Origin: Lingula anatina | Lineage: Eukaryota > Animalia > Brachiopoda | NCBI GenBank assembly: GCA_051362555.1 | Contig: CM120645.1 | Coordinates: 17,546,001-17,610,000 of the forward strand | Direction of reading: 5' to 3' | Length of the DNA: 64,000 nucleotides | Part shown: one piece after another, positions 53,601 through 64,000 of the stretch | Layout: every line of letters starts with the position of its first letter | Numbering within the stretch: the first letter of the stretch is position 1 | Program-made: the position numbers and the translations under genes | Notes under the pieces: model-generated | Database searches by the model: none | What the model was told of the DNA's origin: nothing | Seen by the model: only the letters and a program-made list of their open reading frames with translations

Positions 53601-55456
53601 TAAAAATCTGTGATAAGCTCATCAGTTGACTGTGTCTCATGAAAAACATTTTTTAAAGCATATAAATGTGAGAAAACTGAAAATGACATTGAAAAGACTG
53701 CCAAATTCCATGGCTTAAAATAGTTAAACGTTAATAATTTTAACAAATCTTGTCTAATTTTTGTGAAATTTGGATAGATGATGCATAACAACAATAAAAA
53801 TCTGTGATAAGCTCATCAGTTGACTGTGTCTCATGAAAAAGATTTTTTTTGGACAATTAATTTGAGAAAACTGAAAATAACACTGAAACGACTGCCAAAT
53901 TCCATGGCTTAAAATAGTTAAACGTTAATAATTTTCACAAATCTTGTCTTATATTTGTGAAATTTGGATAGATGATGCATAACAACAATAAAAATCTGAG
54001 ATAAGCTCGTCAAATGACTGTGTCTCATAAAAAATATTTTTTTGGACAATAAAATTGAGAAAACAGAAAATGACATTGAAAAGACTGCAAAATGCGCTGC
54101 CTTAAAATAGTTAAACGTTAATAATTTTCACAAATCTTGTTCAAGATTTGTGAAATTTGGACAGATGATGCATAACAATAATAAAAATCTGTAATAAGCT
54201 CATCAGTTGACTATGTCTCATGAAAAACATTTTTCAGAGCATATAAATGTGAGAAAACTGAAAATGACATTGAAAAGACTGCCAAATTCCATGGCTTAAA
54301 ATAGTTAAACGTTAATAATTTTCACAAATCTTGTCTAATTTTTGTGAAATTTGGACAAATGATGTATAACAACAATACAAATCTGTGATAAGCTCATCAG
54401 TTGACTGTGTCTCATTTAAAAGATTTTTTTGGACAATAAATTTGAGAAAATTGAAAATGACACTGAGAAGACTGCAAAATGCGGTGCCTTAAAATAGTTA
54501 AACGTTAATAATTTTCACAAAACTTTTTCAATATTTGTGAAAGTTGGAGAGATGATGCTTAACAATAACAAAAATCTGTGATAAGCTTAACAGTTGACAG
54601 TGTGTGATAGAATTGTAGTTGATTGACATTTTGTATGCGAAGAGTGAGAATTATCTACAATTTTTTTTTTTCAATTTCACAACATCTAATTAGACTCACA
54701 TTAAACATCAAATATTATGATTTGAGTTTGTTTGTGTAAGAGGTGACAAATTACCCACAATTGTCCTCTGGAAAAGAATATATACCCATTTAAGACATCT
54801 CCTTACTACCAATACCAGATGCAGATTCCTCCTTACAATCGGTTTCTGGAATAGGGTTTAGCACACCATTTGACAATGTCCTAAAGCTTGCCATATACCA
54901 TCTATTGTACACATGGATGAGACATAGCATTGCTCTTGCTGTTGTCTTTTGCTGTCTGTTTTTTCTATAGGAATTAGCCCTGACCAGACAGGAAGAATCA
55001 GTTCACCAAAAAAGCCATCACGCTGTATGGAAAAGGTCACCTGGAAAAAGAACAATATGTTTGATAAAAGTGAAAATTAAATTCTAAAAATTGACAACTT
55101 TCCCACACTAAAATATTTGAAAAATAATTTTGATAAACTTAACCTAAACAGTTGACTATGTCTAATAAAAAAGACATTTTCAGAACATATTAATTTGAGA
55201 AATACTGAAAATGACATTGAAAAGACTGCCAAATTCCATGGCTTGAAATAGTTAAACGTTAATAATTTTCACAAATCTTGTCCAATATTTGTGAAATTTG
55301 GACAGATGATGCATAACAATAATAAAAATCTGTGATAAGCTCATCAGTTGACTGCGTCTCATGAAAAACATTTTTATTTTAAAGCATATAAATGTGAGAA
55401 AACTGAAAATGACATTGAAAAGACTGCAAAATTCCATGGCTTAAAACAGTTAAACG
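47626..55456 (+). repeat. 7831-bp segmental tandem duplication, copy A
   Basis: All ORF landmarks repeat at +7831 (47778/55609, 51220/59051, 53537/61368, 54858/62689, 55252/63083). Private SNPs are shared (ttttcgaca, ttaataccgata, gcgctgcc). Confidence 0.93.
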
Positions 55457-58400
55457 CATCAAATATTATGATTTGAGTTTGTTTGTGTAAGAGGTGACAA
55501 ATTACCCATAATTGTCCTCTGGAAAAGAATATATACCCATTTAAGACATCTCCTTACTACCAATACCAGATGCAGATTCCTCCTTACAATCGGTTTCTGG
55601 AATAGGGTTTAGCACACCATTTGACAATGTCCTAAAGCTTGCCATATACCATCTATTGTACACATGGATGAGACATAGCATTTCTCTTGCTGTTGTCTTT
55701 TGCTGTCTGTTTTTTCTATAGGAATTAGCCCTGACCAGACAGGAAGAATCAGATCACCAAAAAAGCCATCACGCTGTATGGAAAAGGTCACCTGGAAAAA
55801 GAGCAATATGTTTGATAAAAGTGAAAATTAAATTCTAAAAATTGACAACTTTCCCACACTTAAATATTCGAACAATATTTTTGATAAACTTAACCTAAAC
55901 AGTTGACTATGTCTAATAAAAAGGACATTTTCAGAACATATTAATTTGAGAAATACTGAAAATGACATTGAAAAGACTGCCAAATTCCATGGCTTGAAAT
56001 AGTTAAACGTTAATAATTTTCACAAATCTTGTCTAATATTTGTGAAATTTGGACAGATGATGCATAACAACAATAAGAATCTGTGATAAGCTCATCAGTT
56101 GACTGTGTCTCATGAAAAAGATTTTTTTGGACAATTAATTTGAGAAAACTGAAAATAACACTGAAACGACTGCCAAATTCCATGGCTTAAAATAGTTAAA
56201 CGTTAATAATTTTCACAAATCTTGTCTAATATTTGTGAAATTTGGATAGATGATGCATAACAATAATAAAAATCTGTGATAAGCTCATCAGTTGACTGCG
56301 TCTCATGAAAAACATTTTTTAAAGCATATAAATGTGAGAAAACTGAAAATGACATTGAAAAGACTGCAAAATTCCATGGCTTAAAATAGTTAAACGTTAA
56401 TAATTTTCACAAATCTTGTCTAATATTTGTGAAATTTGGATAGATGATGCATAACAACAATAAAAATCTGTGATAAGCTCATCAGTTGACTGTGTCTCAT
56501 GAAAAAGATTTTTTTTGGACAATTAATTTGAGAAAACTGAAAATAACACTGAAACGACTGCCAAATTCCATGGCTTAAAATAGTTAAACGTTAATAATTT
56601 TCACAAATCTTGTCTTATATTTGTGAAATTTGGATAGATGATGCATAACAACAATAAAAATCTGTGATAAGCTCATCAAATGACTGTGTCTCATAAAAAA
56701 TATTTTTTTGGACAATAAAATTGAGAAAACAGAAAATGACATTGAAAAGACTGCAAAATGCGGTGCCTTAAAATAGTTAAACGTTAATAATTTTCACAAA
56801 TCTTGTTCAAGATTTGTGAAATTTGGACAGATGATGCATAACAATAATAAAAATCTGTAATAAGCTCATCAGTTGACTATGTCTCATGAAAAACATTTTT
56901 CAGAGCATATAAATGTGAGAAAACTGAAAATGACATTGAAAAGACTGCCAAATTCCATGGCTTAAAATAGTTAAACGTTAATAATTTTCACAAATCTTGT
57001 CTAATATTTGTGAAATTTGGATAGATGATGTATAACAACAATACAAATCTGTGATAAGCTCATCAGTTGACTGTGTCTCATTTAAAAGATTTTTTTCGAC
57101 AATAAATTTGAGAAAATTGAAAATGACACTGAGAAGACCGCAAAATGCGGTGCCTTAAAATAGTTAAACGTTAATAATTTTCACAAAACTTTTTCAATAT
57201 TTGTGAAAGTTGGAGAGATGATGCTTAACAATAACAAAAATCTGTGATAAGCTTAACAGTTGACAGTGTGTGATAGAATTGTAGTTGATTGACATTTTGT
57301 ATGCGAAGAGTGAGAATTATCTACAATATTTTTTTTTCAATTTCACAACATCTAATTAGACTCACATTAAACATCAAATATTATGATTTGAGTTTGTTTG
57401 TGTAAGAGGTGACAAATTACCCATAATTGTCCTCTGGAAAAGAATATATACCCATTTAAGACATCTCCTTACTACCAATACCAGATGCAGATTCCTCCTT
57501 ACAATCGGTTTCTGGAATAGGGTTTAGCACACCATTTGACAATGTCCTAAAGCTTGCCATATACCATCTATTGTACACATGGATGAGACATAGCATTGCT
57601 CTTGCTGTTGTCTTTTGCTGTCTGTTTTTTCTATAGGAATTAGCCCTGATCAGACAGGAAGAATCAGTTCACCAAAAAAGCCATCACGCTGTATGGAAAA
57701 GGTCACCTGGAAAAAGAACAATATGTTTGATAAAAGTGAAAATTAAATTCTAAAAATTGACAAATTTCCCACAATTAAATATTTGAACAATAATTTTGAT
57801 TAACTTAACCTAAACAGTTGACTATGTCTAATAAAAAGGACATTTTCAGAACATATTAATTTGAGAAATACTGAAAATGACATTGAAAAGACTGCCAAAT
57901 TCCATGGCTTGAAATAGTTAAACGTTAATAATTTTCACAAATCTTGTCCAATATTTGTGAAATTTGGACAGATGATGCATAACAACGATAAAAATCTGTG
58001 ATAAGCTCATCAGTTGACTGCGTCTCATGAAAAAGATTTTTTTGGACAATTAATTTGAGAAAACTGAAAATAACACTGAAACGACTGCCAAATTCCATGG
58101 CTTAAAGTAGTTAAACGTTAATAATTTTCACAAATCTTGTCTTATATTTGTGAAATTTGGATAGATGATGCATAACAACAATAAAAATCTGTGATAAGCT
58201 CATCAAATGACTGTGTCTCATAAAAAATATTTTTTTGGACAATAAAATTGAGAAAACAGAAAATGACATTGAAAAGACTGCCAAATTCCATGGCTTAAAA
58301 TAGTTAAACGTTAATAATTTTCACAAATCTTGTTCAAGATTTGTGAAATTTGGACAGATGATGCATAACAACGTTAAAAATCTGTAATAAGCTCATCAGT

Positions 58401-61400
58401 TGACTATGTCTCATGAAAAACATTTTTCAGAGCATATAAATGTGAGAAAACTGAAAATGACATTGAAAAGACTGCAAAATGCGGTGCCTTAAAATAGTTA
58501 AACGTTAATAATTTTCACAAATCTTGTCTAATTTTTGTGAAATTTGGATAGATGATGTATAACTACAATACAAATCTGTGATAAGCTCATCAGTTGACTG
58601 TGTCTCATTTAAAAGATTTTTTTGGACAATAAATTTGAGAAAATTGAAAATGACACTGAGAAAACTGCAAAATGCGGTGCCTTAAAATAGTTAAACGTTA
58701 ATAATTTTCACAGATCTTTTTCAATATTTGTGAAAGTTGGAGAGATGATGCTTAACAATAACAAAAATCTGTGATAAGCTTAACAGTTGACAGTGTGTGA
58801 TAGAATTGTAGTTGATTGACATTTTGTATACGAAGAGTGAGAATTATCTACAATATTTTTTTTTCAATTTCACAACATCTAATTAGACTCACATTAAACA
58901 TCAAATATTATGATTTGAGTTTGTTTGTGTAAGAGGTGACAAATTACCCATAATTGTCCTCTGGAAAAGAATATATACCCATTTAAGACATCTCCTTACT
59001 ACCAATACCAGATGCAGATTCCTCCTTACAATCGGTTTCTGGAATAGGGTTTAGCACACCATTTGACAATGTCCTAAAGCTTGCCATATACCATCTATTG
59101 TACACATGGATGAGACATAGCATTTCTCTTGCTGTTGTCTTTTGCTGTCTGTTTTTTCTATAGGAATTAGCCCTGACCAGACAGGAAGAATCAGATCACC
59201 AAAAAAGCCATCACGCTGTATGGAAAAGGTCACCTGGAAAAAGAGCAATATGTTTGATAAAAGTGAAAATTAAATTCTAAAAATTGACAACTTTCCCACA
59301 CTTAAATATTCGAACAATAATTTTGATAAACTTAACCTAAACAGTTGACTATGTCTAATAAAAAAGACATTTTCAGAACATATTAATTTGAGAAATACTG
59401 AAAATGACATTGAAAAGACTGCCAAATTCCATGGCTTGAAATAGTTAAACGTTAATAATTTTCACAAATCTTGTCCAATATTTGTGAAATTTGGACAGAT
59501 GATGCATAACAACAATACAAATCTGTGATAAGCTCATCAGTTGACTGTGTCTCATTTAAAAGAATTTTTTGGACAATAAATTTGAGAAAATTGAAAATGA
59601 CACTGAGAAGACCGCAAAATGCGGTGCCTTAAAATAGTTAAACGTTAATAATTTTAACAAAACTTTTTCAATATTTGTGAAAGTTGGAGAGATGATGCTT
59701 AACAATAACAAAAATCTGTGATAAGCTTAACAGTTGACAGTGTGTGATAGAATTGTAGTTGATTGACATTTTGTATGCGAAGAGTGAGAATTATCTACAA
59801 TATTTTTTTTTCAATTTCACAACATCTAATTAGACTCACATTAAACATCAAATATTATGATTTGAGTTTGTTTGTGTAAGAGGTGACAAATTACCCATAA
59901 TTGTCCTCTGGAAAAGAATATATACCCATTTAAGACATCTCCTTAATACCGATACCAGATGCAGATTCCTCCTTACAATCGGTTTCTGGAATAGGGTTTA
60001 GCACACCATTTGACAATGTCCTAAAGCTTGCCATATACCATCTATTGTACACATGGATGAGACATAGCATTGCTCTTGCTGTTGTCTTTTGCTGTCTGTT
60101 TTTTCTATAGGAATTAGCCCTGATCAGACAGGAAGAATCAGTTCACCAAAAAAGCCATCACGCTGTATGGAAAAGGTCACCTGGAAAAAGAACAATATGT
60201 TTGATAAAAGTGAAAATTAAATTCTAAAAATTGACAAATTTCCCACACTTAAATATTTGAACAATAATTTTGATAAACTTAACCTAAACAGTTGACTATG
60301 TCTAATAAAAAGGGCATTTTCAGAACATATTAATTTGAGAAATACTGAAAATGACATTGAAAAGACTGCCAAATTCCATGGCTTGAAATAGTTAAACGTT
60401 AATAATTTTCACAAATCTTGTCCAATATTTGTGAAATTTGGACAGATGATACATAACAATAATAAAAATCTGTGATAAGCTCATCAGTTGACTGCGTCTC
60501 GTGAAAAACATTTTTTAAAGCATATAAATGTGAGAAAACTGAAAATGACATTGAAAAGACTGCCAAATTCCATGGCTTGAAATAGTTAAACGTTAATAAT
60601 TTTCACAAATCTTGTCTAATATTTGTGAAATTTGGACAGATGATGCATAACAACAATAAAAATCTGTGATAAGCTCATCAGTTGACTGTGTCTCATGAAA
60701 AAGATTTTTTTGGACAATTAATTTGAGAAAACTGAAAATAACACTGAAACGACTGCCAAATTCCATGGCTTAAAATAGTTAAACGTTAATAATTTTCACA
60801 AATCTTGTCTAATATTTGTGAAATTTGGATAGATGATGCATAACAATAATAAAAATCTGTGATAAGCTCATCAGTTGACTGCGTCTCATGAAAAACATTT
60901 TTTAAAGCATATAAATGTGAGAAAACTGAAAATGACATTGAAAAGCCTGCAAAATTCCATGGCTTAAAATAGTTAAACGTTAATAATTTTCACAAATCTT
61001 GTCTAATATTTGTGAAATTTGGACAGATGATGCATAACAACAATAAAAACCTGTGATAAGCTCATCAGTTGACTGTGTCTCATGAAAAAGATTTTTTTTT
61101 GGACAATTATTTTGAGAAAACTGAAAATAACACTGAAACGACTGCCAAATTCCATGGCTTAAAATAGTTAAACGTTAATAATTTTCACAAATCTTGTCTT
61201 ATATTTGTAAAATTTGGATAGATGATGCATAACAACAATAAAAATCTGTGATAAGCTCGTCAAATGACTGTGTCTCATAAAAAATATTTTTTTGGACAAT
61301 AAAATTGAGAAAACAGAAAATGACATTGAAAAGACTGCAAAATGCGGTGCCTTAAAATAGTTAAACGTTAATAATTTTCACAAATCTTGTCTAATTTTTG

Positions 61401-63287
61401 TGAAATTTGGATAGATGATGCATAACAATAATAAAAATCTGTGATAAGCTCATCAGTTGACTGTGTCTCATGAAAAACATTTTTTAAAGCATATAAATGT
61501 GAGAAAACTGAAAATGACATTGAAAAGACTGCCAAATTCCATGGCTTAAAATAGTTAAACGTTAATAATTTTAACAAATCTTGTCTAATTTTTGTGAAAT
61601 TTGGATAGATGATGCATAACAACAATAAAAATCTGTGATAAGCTCATCAGTTGACTGTGTCTCATGAAAAAGATTTTTTTTGGACAATTAATTTGAGAAA
61701 ACTGAAAATAACACTGAAACGACTGCCAAATTCCATGGCTTAAAATAGTTAAACGTTAATAATTTTCACAAATCTTGTCTTATATTTGTGAAATTTGGAT
61801 AGATGATGCATAACAACAATAAAAATCTGAGATAAGCTCGTCAAATGACTGTGTCTCATAAAAAATATTTTTTTGGACAATAAAATTGAGAAAACAGAAA
61901 ATGACATTGAAAAGACTGCAAAATGCGCTGCCTTAAAATAGTTAAACGTTAATAATTTTCACAAATCTTGTTCAAGATTTGTGAAATTTGGACAGATGAT
62001 GCATAACAATAATAAAAATCTGTAATAAGCTCATCAGTTGACTATGTCTCATGAAAAACATTTTTCAGAGCATATAAATGTGAGAAAACTGAAAATGACA
62101 TTGAAAAGACTGCCAAATTCCATGGCTTAAAATAGTTAAACGTTAATAATTTTCACAAATCTTGTCTAATTTTTGTGAAATTTGGACAAATGATGTATAA
62201 CAACAATACAAATCTGTGATAAGCTCATCAGTTGACTGTGTCTCATTTAAAAGATTTTTTTGGACAATAAATTTGAGAAAATTGAAAATGACACTGAGAA
62301 GACTGCAAAATGCGGTGCCTTAAAATAGTTAAACGTTAATAATTTTCACAAAACTTTTTCAATATTTGTGAAAGTTGGAGAGATGATGCTTAACAATAAC
62401 AAAAATCTGTGATAAGCTTAACAGTTGACAGTGTGTGATAGAATTGTAGTTGATTGACATTTTGTATGCGAAGAGTGAGAATTATCTACAATTTTTTTTT
62501 TTCAATTTCACAACATCTAATTAGACTCACATTAAACATCAAATATTATGATTTGAGTTTGTTTGTGTAAGAGGTGACAAATTACCCACAATTGTCCTCT
62601 GGAAAAGAATATATACCCATTTAAGACATCTCCTTACTACCAATACCAGATGCAGATTCCTCCTTACAATCGGTTTCTGGAATAGGGTTTAGCACACCAT
62701 TTGACAATGTCCTAAAGCTTGCCATATACCATCTATTGTACACATGGATGAGACATAGCATTGCTCTTGCTGTTGTCTTTTGCTGTCTGTTTTTTCTATA
62801 GGAATTAGCCCTGACCAGACAGGAAGAATCAGTTCACCAAAAAAGCCATCACGCTGTATGGAAAAGGTCACCTGGAAAAAGAACAATATGTTTGATAAAA
62901 GTGAAAATTAAATTCTAAAAATTGACAACTTTCCCACACTAAAATATTTGAAAAATAATTTTGATAAACTTAACCTAAACAGTTGACTATGTCTAATAAA
63001 AAAGACATTTTCAGAACATATTAATTTGAGAAATACTGAAAATGACATTGAAAAGACTGCCAAATTCCATGGCTTGAAATAGTTAAACGTTAATAATTTT
63101 CACAAATCTTGTCCAATATTTGTGAAATTTGGACAGATGATGCATAACAATAATAAAAATCTGTGATAAGCTCATCAGTTGACTGCGTCTCATGAAAAAC
63201 ATTTTTATTTTAAAGCATATAAATGTGAGAAAACTGAAAATGACATTGAAAAGACTGCAAAATTCCATGGCTTAAAACAGTTAAACG
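55457..63287 (+). repeat. 7831-bp segmental tandem duplication, copy B
   Basis: Starts at the chimeric junction ...cagttaaacg|catcaaatattatg... and ends at the matching ttaaacg at 63287. Confidence 0.93.
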
Positions 63288-64000
63288 TTAATAATTTTCA
63301 CAAATCTTGTCCAATATTTGTGAAATTTGGACTGATGATACATAACAATAATAAAAATCTGTGATAAGCTCATCAGTTGACTGTGTCTCATGAAAAAGAT
63401 TTTAATGGACAATTAATTTGAGAAAACTGAAAATAACACTGAAACGACTGCCAAATTCCATGGCTTAAAATAGTTAAACGTTAATAATTTTCACAAATCT
63501 TGTCTAATATTTGTGAAATTTTGATAGATGATGCATAACAACAATAAAAATCTGTGATAAGCTCATCAGTTGACTGTGTCTCATGAAAAAGATTTTAATG
63601 GACAATTAATTTGAGAAAACTGAAAATAACACTGAAACGACTGCCAAATTCCATGGCTTAAAGTAGTTAAACGTTAATAATTTTCACAAATCTTGTCTTA
63701 TATTTGTGAAATTTGGATAGATGATGCATAACAACAATAAAAATCTGTGATAAGCTCATCAAATGACTGTGTCTCATAAAAAATATTTTTTTGGACAATA
63801 AAATTGAGAAAACAGAAAATGACATTGAAAAGACTGCAAAATGTGCCTTAAAATAGTTAAACGTTAATAATTTTCACAAATCTTGTCTTATATTTGTGAA
63901 ATTTGGATAGATGATGCATAACAACAATAAAAATCTGTGATAAGCTCATCAAATGACTGTGTCTCATAAAAAAATATTTTTTTGGACAATAAAATTGAGA

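Larger units (their letters stand above)
1..64000. repeat. Composite macrosatellite / higher-order repeat array: [~558-bp spacer + n x 194-bp monomer], n=2-11, interrupted by 5 TE insertions
   Basis: The spacer landmark 'ttagcacacc' recurs at 1984, 3511, 5038, 10225, 12086, 15550, 17660, 24395, 26314, 27841, 29951, 32061, 33396, 37632, 39363, 41473, 43388, 44916, 46444, 47778, 49693, 51220, 52167, 54858, 55609, 57524, 59051, 59998 and 62689. Most uninterrupted intervals fit ~557+194n (947, 1334, 1527, 1915, 2110, 2691). The array runs off both window ends. Confidence 0.97.

Noticed and set aside
1-64000. CRISPR-like repeat/spacer array
   Set aside because: Repeats are 194 bp, spacers are near-identical rather than unique, there are no cas genes, and the context is eukaryotic.

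Overview
Eukaryotic (probably invertebrate animal) AT-rich repeat DNA with no credible protein-coding gene, RNA gene or CRISPR array. The window is one composite tandem array. Each unit is a ~558-bp largely non-repetitive 'spacer' plus 2-11 copies of a 194-bp satellite monomer, with monomer subtypes in a polarised order (29 spacers with a complete core plus 1 partial). Five transposon insertions interrupt the array. Two are diverged, independently inserted non-autonomous Helentron/HINE (DINE-1-like) elements with several stacked 5' ends (6663-9936, 17888-20579). Three are near-identical 2125-bp TTAA-flanked GG...CC Kolobok-like elements at the same site of the unit (12372-14496, 20637-22761, 33681-35805). 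A near-perfect, out-of-register 7831-bp tandem duplication occupies 47626-63287. Points worth following up are exon-like splice signals in the repeated spacer, interlocked dyads in the monomer, a possible Helentron origin of the satellite, and a readable order of insertion and amplification events. All counts and alignments were done by eye.
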